In this document: one piece after another, positions 21,401 through 34,873 of the stretch
How positions within the stretch are numbered: the stretch's first letter is position 1
Layout: each line of letters starts with the position of its first letter
From: Hormiphora californensis
Taxonomy: Eukaryota > Animalia > Ctenophora
Assembly: GCA_020137815.1 (NCBI GenBank)
Contig: CM035352.1
Coordinates: forward strand, 5,580,001 to 5,644,000
Direction of reading: 5' to 3'
DNA length: 64,000 bases
Notes under the pieces: model-generated
Databases searched by the model: none
Told to the model about the DNA's origin: nothing
What the model saw: the letters and a program-made list of their open reading frames with translations, nothing else
Program-made: the position numbers and the translations under genes

Positions 21401-24400
21401 TCCTTCAGGTCATCACACGAGAACGAAACTCCAGACTCGGAAGATAGGGTTGCACACCGAGATGTGTCAGGAAGCATGTTGTAGCACATAACAATCATTC
21501 TCCATAGGTGTTCTCTGGTAGGTCCATCCGGCGGGGTCATTCTTCCCTCTTCCAGGCACTTCACCACTGTACTGCCTTTACATCTGTCAGAGAAACTCGT
21601 GCCAAGTAACTCACCTTCATAATCTTTCTTCGTTCGTGTCATTCCATTTCCATACTGGGGTGCCACACCCGACATTCTATCCTGTAACAGTGACGCGAGG
21701 GACCGCTCCACCAAGATTTGGCTTCCCGGATTTGACTCAACGAGGTCTCCTAAGGCTTGCTCAATGTAGAGGGAGACAGGAACACCAGACTTGTCTTGTC
21801 TTTAGAAAAGAGATGGATTGAGCAGAGCTCTCAGAAGATTAACGAGGAGTAATTGAACGGAACCTCAAATTAATTTGTTTAAAGTAGTGTTGAAAAGTTT
21901 GAAACTAGAATACAAGGTTGCCTAGCTCGAACTTCCTTTACATGTATTATGGCCAGTATAAATGAAGTATGAACGTTTGTAGACTGGCGCGTTATGAAGT
22001 TGGCTGTTCCCAGCGCGAGCTGGGGACAGCCAACTGGAGTTTAATCGCCCGGCAGGGCGATTAAACTGGTTTAAATCCCGACGCCGATCCCGACGCGCCA
22101 GCCGAGGGTGAGGGGGAGGTGATTTAAACCTATAACGCGATAGGCTAACAAACGTTCATATTTTATGAAACCCGATAGCAATTACACACAAATAAGAGAC
22201 ACAACACAAGGTGAAACAGACTAGGACTGCTGGCAATTAGTCAACAGACACCCTGAAAATGTGTGTAGACTTAGTGTCTACTGTTCCTAACATGTTCGAG
22301 AAAGAGAGAGAAAGATTAGGGGCAATACACACTGTCAGAGGTAGTGAACAGTAAAAGAGACAATGAGAGAGAGAAATGAATGGAATGTGATTCTTTTCAC
22401 TCCTTATGAGAGAGATAACATTGAAACGTGTTGCAGACATGTTTCCCCTTTCTTTTGTTGACAGAACTGTGTGTTTACACACATTTTCAATACTTAGAAT
22501 TTTACACGCATGTTATTCAAATGAAGAGAAACGCGTGAAAAAGGGAACTGGTCTGTCAAACTGCGAGGAGGGTGTTAAATCTCCCAGCTGGCGGTTATCA
22601 TGTGCGCGCAAATTCTTCAAACGACTGATAAATCTGCTATCGGGTTTCATACCAGTATAAACCACTATCCTTCACCAAGGAGGAAATCGTTAAAATTAAA
22701 ATAGAATATAATCAATTAAAATCTACCCACGCCGATTTTTAATCGGAATTAAGGGTACGCTAACCAAAAATTTTTTTCGAGTGCAGGGAAATCTCTCGCC
22801 GTAGGGTTGTAGGCCATGCCAAGGAGACCTCAAATATGCAATTTGAGCTCTCAAGTCGAATTCATATTTTTGCTACAGCTGCTTGAAAAATGAACTGAAA
22901 ATAAGTTTTTGGCATCTCAAAAAAAATTTTTTAAAGATAGGAGCATGAAAATTTGGGGATTTGAAGAGGACATGAAGGTTAATAACCACCAAAAATTTTT
23001 TTGCAATCCGAGCTGATTTCCGGTCCTGAGATGGATTTCTTTTTTCCCACTTTAACGCCCTATTTGGCAAAGTTCCGAAAACATGTGAAAGCTGTAAATT
23101 GGTGAAAAGTTGCGTCTAACAATTATCTAAGTGGCCATAAATTTTGGGCGTGTCCTTATTTGAGATAAGCTGTACAGAGTTTTTTTTGTGAAAGCCGTCA
23201 TTTCAGAAATAAATAAATTCCCTGTATCTCAAAAACGGCTGATCGTAGAGACCTGAGACTATGCTTAAACGATTCAGAAGGTCCGATTTTGGGGGGGTCT
23301 TCTGAGAGACATTTTGCTCCTACTTCAACCGTTTTTGCTGTAATTGCGAAAAACAAAAACCCATCTTCGCCATCGTGGATTTTTTGTGATTTTGTTCTTG
23401 GTGATTATAGGGACCCATATGGACCAAATAGTGAAGGAATTAGCTTGTTACACACTTTTCCATAGTTTCGGTCCTTTCTTAGCTAAAATTCCCTAATTAC
23501 AGGATATTGGAGTTTAGCTTTTGCCCTTTTCATAGAATTTGTTTTTCGCAATTACAGCAAAAACGGTTGAAGTAGGAGCAAAATGTCTCTCAGAAGACCC
23601 CCCCAAAATCGGACCTTCTGAATCGTTTAAGCATAGTCTCAGGTCTCTACGATCAGCCGTTTTTGAGATACAGGGAATTTATTTATTTCTGAAATGACGG
23701 CTTTCACAAAAAAAACTCTGTACAGCTTATCTCAAATAAGGACACGCCCAAAATTTATGGCCACTTAGATAATCGTTAGACGAAACTTTTCACCAATTTA
23801 CAGCTTTCACATGTTTTCGGAACTTTGCCAAATAGGGCGTTAAAGTGGAAAAAAAGAAATCCATCTCGGGACCGGAAATCAGCTCGGATTGCAAAAAAAT
23901 TTTTTGTGGTTATTCCCCTTCATGTCCTCTTCAAATCCCCAAATTTTTATGCTCCTATCTTTAAAAAATTTTTTTTGAGATGCCAAAAACTTATTTTCAG
24001 TTCATTTTTCAAGCAGCTGTAGCAAAAATATGAATTCGACTTGAGAGCTCAAATTGCATATTTGAGGTCTCCTTGGCATGGCCTACAACCCTACGGCGAG
24101 AGATTTCCCTGCACTCGAAAAAAATTTTTGGTTAGCGTACCCTTAAATCTCCCTGGATGGTTTACAGTAGTTATGAATTGGGTGATTTACCGTAGTTATG
24201 TCGCCGCACCATGCTGAAAATAATATTTTTATTTATCTTAATTTATCTAAATGGTTCACCTTGAAAAGGTATCATTCGAATTTAATAAGGATCGAAATGG
24301 TTTCATATTTAAGTTTAATAAGAATATTAGCATTTCCCAGCACAAAATTTTACATAAAGACTTAGTTTTTTGAGTACACCAAGTTCTCCTTTTATCATTT

Positions 24401-27400
24401 CTCCTTTTCAGCTATCGGTCTATTGGAGACGGACTAGAGGACTTTGAGGTGCGTTAATTCTTCAAACACCATAAAAAAGTATAAAAAGTTGCCAAAACCG
24501 GGAAATCATTCATGACAAAGGTTTCTCAGCGAGAGTGAAGTTTGTCATACAATCGATGATATGAGACCCTTTCATCGAATACCGACCCCCTTCACATTGG
24601 TATCATAAAAATCTACTACATAGGTTCAAAACCCAAAAATTTTTGGTTTTGCCTATATGGGCAAAATGGGCAAAAATGGGCAAAAATGGGCAAAATGAAA
24701 TGTTCAGTGTTATATGTCGTTTTTTCTTGCCTAGCTAAATCAGTTGTTTTCATATGGGCAAATATGGGCAAATATGGGCAAAAAAAGGTGACCCCCCCCC
24801 CGTTCTGATGGAGGTTGGACGTCCTTCAGGAGTACCGTGTCCTCGAATGTACAAACTGTATACTTGGTATCGAAGACACCTCACACTCTGTTCGGCCTTC
24901 GTTTGGCAAGGGAGGGGTAACTTCGTTACTGTGCACAGTAATAGCACCACGTATACAGTTTGTACATTCGAGGGCACGGCACATGTAGTGCTACGTTTAA
25001 AGTTTGATCAAAATATCCAGTTACTTGTTCACTATGTTAATGTACTACTTTTTCAATTCGCGTGATCTACGATTTGGAAGCGTGATTAGAAGTACGACAA
25101 AAGTAGAGACGGAAGGGGGCCAGGATTGACAGATCGGGTGATATTTCTCAGAGGAGAGAGATGAGTTAATCATTTAGTTAATAGGTTCTGACGTCTTGAC
25201 GCGACACTTCCTCAGAGCCAGGCTGGAGACGGAGAGAGATAGAGAGAGATAGAGAGATATACAGAGAGAGGAATGAGATTTTGCAGCGATAAAGATACTT
25301 CCTAAACTACATAGTAGTATATCAGAGCATTAAACTGCTTAAAGCAACAAAAAAGTAAAATAATGATTAGATTTGATACTCCATTCCACGAAAAATGTCT
25401 GAGGTTCCTGGTTATATTATTATGTAGATGGCTGGTAATACGTCAAGCCGGCGTTCTATCAAGCTATCAGGAGTGGTGTGATCCGGTGACACCTTAACCG
25501 CTAATCGAATTAGTTTGACCATAAGTCATGACGCAGGTTATAGGTTGAGTCGCTTGACACTGTCTAAAGTATGAACAATTCAAGTTACAGGATCAGTCCA
25601 TCACTTTCCTCACAGTCAAAGTCATCCGCCCTCCCCCCAACCGCCCCCCAACCGATCATATGACACTCATGATTCCCTGTTTCTCCCATACAGATACCCT
25701 ATTATCCATCATTATTCCAGGTCCACTCGCTTGCGAGCTCCTCGGGGAATGGAGAGGATCTTAGAATGCTGCTCAGCTCTGTCCTTCAACAGAAAGAAGA
25801 AATTGAGACACAAAACAGGTATTGTTTGAAGACCATGAAAGATATATATATATATTTTCTTTTGGAGTGTCACGTTAAATAACAAGAACAGCGAATTCAG
25901 CAGAATTACTATGTTGACAGTTAAAGCTGAGCCATTGCAGCTCTGATCAATGTCTGAACTGTTCAACTCAATGTCATTCTCTCACCTACCATTTTGTAGT
26001 ACTGTCTAGACACGCATGGCACAAATATCATATATACCTCACTATCGTTTTTTAAGCAACGGTTTCGTAATGACCGCATTTTGATAAACGATAGTAAGTT
26101 AGGCTGAATTTTACGAAGTAGTAAGGAATGTTCTGATATTGTAGGAAGGTCCCTACAATAAATCACCTAAATGACCGTCTCTTCCATCCGGTTATGATCT
26201 AAACTTTCCTTAGTCGGATCAGATGGGAGCTGAAACCTGGAATTATCCTCTGAAACAACCTGAACTCTGTCTTTAAACCGGAGTTCCTGGGTCCTCGGTC
26301 TATTGTTAAACCGGGTCTTAGATTTTGGGTTCATTTCACGCTGGCACCCCATCGTAAGGTAGACCAGTGGATCCGTTATACAACTGAGGTACCTGGATGT
26401 AAAAATAGAACTACCTGTTACACCATGTTGGATTGGGTCGGGATCGGTGTCTTTTTGGCACAATGGTGTAACCACTGGTTAGTAACCAGTCCATTAGAAA
26501 ATTATAGGTCGGGTTATTTAGGTGCCGGCAGGCACCTCCGACCCGAAGAAAACAGCAAAAAACGAAAAAAAGAAAAAAAAATTTTTTGCCCTTGCACAAA
26601 AACCCAAAAATGCCGGCCCTATTAAGAACAAAGAAAGGTCTTTTTTTTTGGGGGGGGGGGGGGGCAAAAAACATGTCAACGATTGTGGCCACACCGTTTG
26701 AGATATCGACTTGAAATTTTGTAGGCATGTTCTTGTAGTATTCCTTTGTGTCATGACGTTGGCGGATTTTTGAATTTTTAATTAATTAATTAATTATAGG
26801 TAATTAAAAATGGTGCAAGGGCACCGTGCCCTTGCACATTGCGTGTTCTGTCCCTTGCACCGCGCCCTTGCACCAAATTCTATTTTCCGTTCTGCTTAAA
26901 ATATCGACTTGAAACTTTGTAGGAATGTTCTTCAATCATAAAAGATGATGTTCGAAAAGTGGGAATAGTCAAAATTAATTAATTAGTTAGTTAGAGCCGT
27001 GCAAAAAATGGAATTTGGTGCAAGGGCAGGCAATGTGCAAGGGCAAATGGTGCAAGGGCAGCCCTTGCACCAATTTTATGATCGAACTGTGTCCACACCG
27101 TTTAATATTTTGACACGAAACTTTCTATGCATGTTCTAGTAGCATAACTACGAGTACTAGAAGAGCCGTATGATTAATATATCAATTAGGTAATTAATTA
27201 TAGGCAAATTAATCAAAATTTGCCCTTGCACAATTTGTGCAAATTTCCCCTGAACATGTGCCCTTGCACCATTTTGTTTGCCCATGCACTAAATTATATT
27301 TTCCGTTATGCTTAAAATATCGACTTGAAACTTTCTAGGAATGTTCTTCATGCATAAAACATATAATATAATCTACAGAAAGTGGGAATAGTCAAAATTA

Positions 27401-30400
27401 ATTAATTAATTACTTAGAGATTAATTTTGGGGTGGCCCCTGCACAATTTTGGCAAATTTGATATTCAAACTTTGAGCCTTTGTGAAAGTAATGAAAATTA
27501 TTTATTTCAGGTTATGATGAACAATAAGCTATAAAAACGCCCCTTTTTGTTACACAAGCCTGTGCAGGTGCTTGGTATCGAAGACACCTTACACTCTGTC
27601 GCCGGGCGACCTTCGCGTGCACACGCTGGCAAGGGGTAACTTCGTAACCAAAGCCTGTGCATTGTGCATAATGAAATGGATAAATTTTCATCCAGTTGCT
27701 GGCGATAGAACTCGATAGAGTTCGATTGATTTACCATGACAACGGAGTTGGTTACCATACTAACCAGAGAATTCGTTGTAAAATAGTCCTTTCTTGCTAT
27801 AAACTCGGCCTTTAGATAGAAAATTGATTTTATTCTACTCGCACTAATGCAAGGGCATTTCACAGTTTGGTGCCGTTATTTTTGTCTCTATTTTTAATAG
27901 GATTTTGGGATTAGACTGAAAGTATGGGATCATTTGAGAAGTAGTGAAGATTTGAAAATGTTAGCAACTTGCCGGTTCGACAAACTAAACCCATATGATT
28001 CCAACTTCGGGTCGGACGAGGGGAAGCTTGCCTTTTGCGAACATATGTCTTAATGAATGGATCAGTTAGGGGGGCTTTTAGCAGGTTTAAGTGACTTCTG
28101 AGTCGAATATCATGCATTATGGGATCGTCTAAGTAGCAGATGGGAGGTCAATTGAATAGCAGAGTAGCGCGAGTCAATGGTGTATGAATTGGAAATGGAA
28201 TTGTGTGGTAACTGGCACACATTTTAGGACAGCAGTATCAATACAAGAAGACACACAGACACGGATGATGGAAGTGGTTTGTTGTGAGAAAGGGTTGAGA
28301 GCAAGGAAAGGAATTGTTATGTTCTAACCCTCCTTTACGGGACACGCGAAACACAGTCTAGCTAGGCAACCGCGAAACATAGTCTAGCTAGGCAAGGAAA
28401 GGAAGTGGTAAATCCATTTCAACCTCTCTACACTTACACATTAATGATAGTCATCTGTAGAAGGTAGACAAGCCGTGACTTGTTCTTTACCAGAGATGAC
28501 AGTGTAGTTTGAGTTATCCCTGTTATCTCTAACAACTGAAAATAATGGTATGTAGTTTCGAGACAAAATTTAGGTCCAAAGATCAACTACTTAGGCGGTT
28601 TAATAGGCCTATTAAACTTATTAAACCGCCTAAGTAGTTGATCTCTGGGCCTGGGTTTATATATCATGTAACTAGGGACAATTTTCTTTGGGTTCTTGTA
28701 CCCCTCACTTTAACAAGCTCTAATTTAAACCATTTATTTGGATTCCAATCCCGGCGATTAATCTGTTAACGGTTGACAAGTTATCTAAAATATTTCTTCT
28801 ATCTTAGAAGAAAAGTTATCTAAACTATTTCTCCTATCTTAGAAGGAAAGTTCTAGTTATCTTGTTAATAACATGGGGCATAATTTACAGGTGGAATGTT
28901 CCCTTGTCAAATATTTCTAAATGCTCTTCTTGAAAGCCATTCAGATTGTCAAAGTCTCGACATGACTGAGTGATCTCTGTGTGGCGGCGCCATACCCCAT
29001 TTGCCTGAGTGATCTTTAGTCTTGACAGAATGAAAATGTTAAAAATCTGGAATGCAATATGAATGGAATATGAGTATGTATAATTATAGGCTATAGCGGA
29101 CAGATTGTGGTGATTCTCCCGGGTTAGAATCCGAAAATTACACAATTGTATATACTAAGTCATCCGGGTGATTTTCCTTACCGTCCATAGTGAGTATGTC
29201 CACCACCACAGATACGTTAGACAAAATGTAGAACCCAACACCAGAAGAGTCTTCGTGGCCTTCGACATGGCTAGCGTTGGAACAGAAATCGATTCTGGGG
29301 AGGGGGGGGGGGGTGAATATTGAAAGTCTGGAACGCCATTGCAATAGCATGCTATTCGCCCTTTGGTATAATTACTCTGTTTCAAAGAGCCCAGTCTATT
29401 TTGTGCGATATAACTTACTGCAAATGTTAGCTGATCGATTAGTTTCTAGAACTTCCACCATCCGCTTTCTCTGCAGTTGAAACATCTTAAGTAGGGTAAG
29501 TATTAGGAGGATGATGATAATAATACCAGGAATGGTTGTGGGTAGAATTATAAGGAAGGTGTACGGCATTATCCAATTCGAGAGATCTCCTGAAACGGGG
29601 GGGGGGGGGGGGGGGGTGATATTACTTATCATAGAGATAAGATTGAATCAATTTTATGTGCTAGTTCACTTAGTTCGACCTTTTAATGCTAATGGCTTTA
29701 TATGCTAAGTATATATTGACGGTTATATACAGTCGAACCCTGATGAATTTTTGACCCTCTATAGATCAAATTTTCACACCAAACAAGCAAATTCAATGAC
29801 ACACTAGGCTTTGCATAGCATATATAAGTAGATATATCATTAGTATATAAGGCGCTTTAATGAATTTTAGACTCGTTCTACATGATCTGAAACTTACGCT
29901 TGTCCTCGAATTTAAAGACTTCATCGATCCGATACGTGCATAGACACTCATATTTATTAAAGTAATATTCACTGCCCATTGTGTATGGAACCAGAGAAAC
30001 ACACAAGGGAAACGCCCATAGGACTCCTGAAACATAGGGGTGGAAGGGTAAAATGTGGGGGTTTAGGTCTCCGTGAAATATGTTGTGCCAACATTGAGCT
30101 ACATGACCGTCTGTTGCATCATGATGAAAACATAGTGTTATTGATATGGTATAATATGATTGATATGGTATAAAATATTGATCTACCGAACCCTCACAGA
30201 GCGCGCTGTGAGCCACATAATTGTGGTCTATAATAACACAGAGGGGGCAATAGCGGGGGAAGGCTTATCACACAAATTGTCTTTTAACTGGTATAAAATA
30301 TTAATTTTTCATTTTCTGATCATATCTTCGTGATTGCTAAGAATCTAAGGCAGCCCTAGATATAATATGTAGATTTGTAGGTGGCCTTTCTAGTACATAT

Positions 30401-31380
30401 TTCAAGTCTTACCAATCATCATTATAGAGTTGTGCCTGTTAAACACACTCTTGTATCGGAAGGGCCAGGTCATGGCAAATAACCTGCCGACTGCCATCAG
30501 CAAGATTACCAGAAGAGTCGCTCGTGAGGTGAAATTGTGGATAAAACCTGTCAGGTTACATACCAACCGACCTGATAATGGGGGAAGGGGGGTGCTGGTT
30601 AAGGGGTGCTAGGGGATGCTGGGGAAGGGGGGTGCTGGTTAAGGGGTGCCCATTTTGCCCAAAGTCTCACGATTTTTGTCCATTATATGGGCAAATATGG
30701 GCATATATGGGCAAAAATAAAGGTGACGCCCCCCCCCCCTTGTCTGAACGATGACATTTCAGATTTATAGGCAGAGCCGGCTCTGCCTATAAATCTGAAA
30801 TGTCATCTTTCAGACAAGCATGGGGCAATAAAATTATCACTCAGTAATATGACAACTTAAAGATCAGGTCTCTCAGTAGCTTCAAATTTGATACCTTTAA
30901 TCATGGCTCAATCAGAGAAGGTTATTATTATATATATGTGGGTGTCACGAAACAGCATTGGCCTACCCCTATTCTCAATTGGGAGCGTGTGAGAACTGTG
31001 GTCAGAGCATTGAAATATCACGAAACAGTGCATTCTTTAATATCTTACTATATAATGCAAAAACACCCGAAACTTGATCCCACCCATGCATGTTTGGTGG
31101 TCCCTAAATCGTCGTCATCAAGATCAGATCACATCACCCAACAATCAACATGCATGATCAGATCACCCTACTGAGGATCAGATCCCCCCACCAGATCAGA
31201 TCACCCCTACTGATTGGAGTCAAGATCCCCCCACCCAGATCAGATCATCCCATTGAGGATCTATCACCCCACCCAGATCAGATCACCCAGTGATATCAGA
31301 TCCCACATTTCACGCAGCATCCACTGTGCGTGATGAGATCCCCAGAGAGAAGATGAGAGAGAGAGATGAGGAGAGAGAAG

Positions 31381-31423
<43 letters not shown>

Positions 31424-31448
31424 AGAGATGAGAGAGAGGAAGGGAGAG

Positions 31449-31511
<63 letters not shown>

Positions 31512-31585
31512 AAGGAGACAGACAGAGACAGAGACAGAGACAGAGACAGAGACAGAGACAGAGACAGAAACAGAAACAGAAACAG

Positions 31586-31652
<67 letters not shown>

Positions 31653-34600
31653 CAGAGAGACACATAGACAGAGAAACAGAGCGATACGAAAAACGAGGAA
31701 TTTCCTAGGTGTTTTTAGTTTAGTGTACGTCGCTTGAGTAATCAATTAATTGTAAGCCATCCGTAGGATGGTCTGGGTCCACTAGTAATCATAATGTAGT
31801 AATAGCAATTGTACCTAGGAAGGTGGTAGAGTTGACCCAAGAACGTTCCAGGGCCATAGTTACAATCATAACGGGGTTACTGCCCAGGAGGGTGACAGTG
31901 TTTGTCATTGATAGGACCATGAAGAAGAACACTGTTGTGTTGAACCCTTGCCGTCGTAACAGCTGTGGGAAGGAAGTTAGAAAACTGTTAGGGGAACTCC
32001 CAACATTGGTGTATAACAGGAACCGACCGACCCAAGTAAACAACCAATCAGAACTCGTTATTTAGGTCACGTGACTGGTTATCAGCCAATCTGCAGGGAC
32101 CAGTATTTCCTGATTCGGTCGGTTCCTGGTGTATAATAAAACTATCAAAATGTTGTGAAAAGTAGGACCCCAAACTGAGTTAATCCTGTTTACAGAGTAT
32201 ATTCGTACAATGCAGTGATTATCATGCCTCTTATAAACCCTCATTGGTCTCTGCTGCACGGACTATAAGCCCTATGTTGCAATCTCTACTGCAGACATAA
32301 TTAATCAATTGCAAAAGTAACATCTTGCTGAATGTGGAACTATTTTTAGCTATCTAGACTCTCCCCTCGGAACCATCGCAGCTTGCTCATATATATTTAC
32401 CACAAAATACTAACTACTAATTAATTAGAGTGGCTGGATAATGGTAAAATCTAGGTAAATCCGAACTGAAATTGATCTAAGATTTTTGCCCCCCCCCCCC
32501 TCCCATATTTTTATTAATGTTAACGAATAAAATTGTACTTGTATACAAACCAACACATGTACTACACTTCTCACCCAGCTCCTATTGTTTTGGTTCCATT
32601 CAAAAAGAATAGCACATCCCACACTGAGTTGCTTTGTAAGACAATTATACTGTCATGTCGAATCAACTGTTGTATGGATTAGCAGGGTGTGTTGGAATAC
32701 CCAGCAATGATACCTGCCCTGAATTGAATGAAGCCCATTCCACCCTCTTCTACACCGCCCTTGGGGTCCTACTGGCATGTTCCATCTTCATCTCAGTCTC
32801 TGGGCATGTCCTTCTCCACGCTGTATTCCGGGTACATAAGATACTTCTGAGAGACACGAGTGTGTCCCGGTTATGTGTTGCCCACCTATCGGTATCTGAT
32901 ATGATGTACAGTTTACTTGTCTCGCCACTGTTTCTCAGTAGTCTCTTCTCTACTAACAGGTAACAAGCTATTTAATTTAATCTTCCTGAAGTCCTGCAAC
33001 GCTGATCACTTAATTACTTAGTCGGATTATTGTAAAGTTTTGCAGTTAAGTTATCAACATGGTTAAAGCTAATCAAATCCCTCAACCGTTGCCAGAGAGG
33101 GAGATGGTATGAGCTCAAAATTAAATCTCCTGCTAATCCAGCTGGTTGGGTTTCTGTCCACTTTAACAATCCGAGCTTCTCTCTTTGTTCTGGCCATTGG
33201 ATCTGTCGACGAGGCATGCAGGCAATACCTGTCGCAGTTTTACAACAAGCATTTCAACCTTGTGACAATCAAGACAGCGGTAGGTGATGGAATTGATTAT
33301 AGTGTCTGAAGGTGTATAAACTTTTTTAAAATGGAATTGATTATAATGTCTGAAGGTGTATAAACTTTTTTAAAATGGAGTTGATTAGTGTTTGAAGGTG
33401 TATAATGAACTCAGATGAATCCCTCAGATTGGTGCAGGATGGGTTGTGAGCGTGTGTTATGGTATCCTGCCATTCATGTGCAATGATGAATACTCCTTCA
33501 TGGAGAGGGGTGCCTTGCCCCACTGGTGGTTGGCTGATCTCATGGCATCGAGTGGGAAGATAACCCAAATGTGGGGCTTCATGGTTACCGTGGCGATTCC
33601 CATCATCGTTCCCATGGTGACTGTGGTTGTGTCAAATGTGGTCATGCTCTGGCACCCTTCCAGCGAGGGGACCAGGGAGGAGGAGGTGGATGAAGTTATA
33701 AGGGAGGCTAGGAGGCTGAGGATGAGACTTCCCACCACCAGACAATTTGTAATTGGGATGAACAACAACTCTAAAGGTAGATATCATCAACTTTGAAAAT
33801 AATGATGAATAATTGTATATTTCCTTGAAATGCTATATCCCCAAAATGTATCAGATCCTGTCGAAGAAGGGATGGATAAGGGAAGTACTCCAGCTATCCC
33901 GGGAGGCAACATCAACACGGTCGTTTCTTCAATGAGAGTAGTCAGCCTAGTTTATGTAGTTTGCAACGTTCTTCGTGTTATATCCGAGATACAACTGTGG
34001 ACTTCACCACACCGAGAGATACAGGTTGCTACCAAACTCCTTCTATACTTTTGATAGTTTCTCTTTGGCAACTTCAGGGGGCATATATATTATTACATAT
34101 TGTACGTCCGAACCATTTATCCCGATCCCCCTGCATGCTAAACTAAAATATAATCAATTTAACGAATTTCATTTCCCAGGGGTATGGTGAACTAGTTAGT
34201 GTCCTTCTTTACCAAGCCTACGTAATGCTTAGCCCCATTCTTCACTTCACATGCAGCCGCCAGATGCACCTGGCGCTCCGGGCACTCCTCTCCGGACATG
34301 GATCCATCGCAGAGCACCTTAATGCTTTCAACGAATCAAACTAATTATGATAACGGTCATTACTACTAATAACTGGGATATTAAAGTGTGTGTACTCGTG
34401 TCAAGTTAAAGCTAGTGATAATGTATGGAATCTTAAGTTTCTATAATGATCATCCAATTATTTTGTGTTTATTTGGAGTGGGTGATGGGGAACCCATGGC
34501 TGAGTTGTAATGTTTGTTGTAGTTGTGGGGCCTGCGGGCAGTCAGTGTCATCCTCTCTCTGGCCATGTTATTAATTCATTACCTAGTATCCTTTTTTCGA

Positions 34601-34830
34601 GCAGGTGTGAGTATAGTGTGTTTTAATTTATATCTACAGGATTATGGGACCAGTTATTCCCTCAGTTTTATAAGTCAAGTTTATTTAGTCGTCTATATAT
34701 TGTTTTTCAACCAGAGCTGTTCGAGTGTGTCATATAATTAGTCGAGGATATACCGCTCTGATGATTCGGCGGAACATCGTCAATATTTTGGCATGTCTCT
34801 GTCGGGTATGGGCGGTATATAAGCGCGGAA

Positions 34831-34873
<43 letters not shown>

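Larger units (their letters stand above)
14108..21906 (-). mobile_element. Full-length L2-type LINE (ORF1 zinc-knuckle, ORF2 APE-RT), SL at 5' end, (ATT)n tail, interrupted at 17498-20304
   Basis: Tail at 14108-14130, 3' UTR 14131-14646, ORF2, ORF1 and short 5' UTR. Removing the insert and one TA restores ...HLEDKKCD-ICLIQETY... in frame. Confidence 0.9.

Noticed and set aside
21800-21906. Functional SL RNA gene
   Set aside because: The SL is followed by GT, but the context GTTCCG is a poor donor and runs directly into the LINE 5' UTR and ORF1. Kept only as the alternative hypothesis.
26411-27863. ORFs duplicated at 50737-53263
   Set aside because: They lie in two copies of a non-coding repeat; no transposase motifs.
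31264-31745. Ser/Leu- and Arg/Glu-rich ORFs (also 18338-18969, 39319-39525, 40297-40620, 58935-59159)
   Set aside because: Translations of (GA)n microsatellites.
34758-34785. CTGATGA as a hammerhead core
   Set aside because: No stem II followed by GAAA; the same applies to CTGATGA at ~38102.
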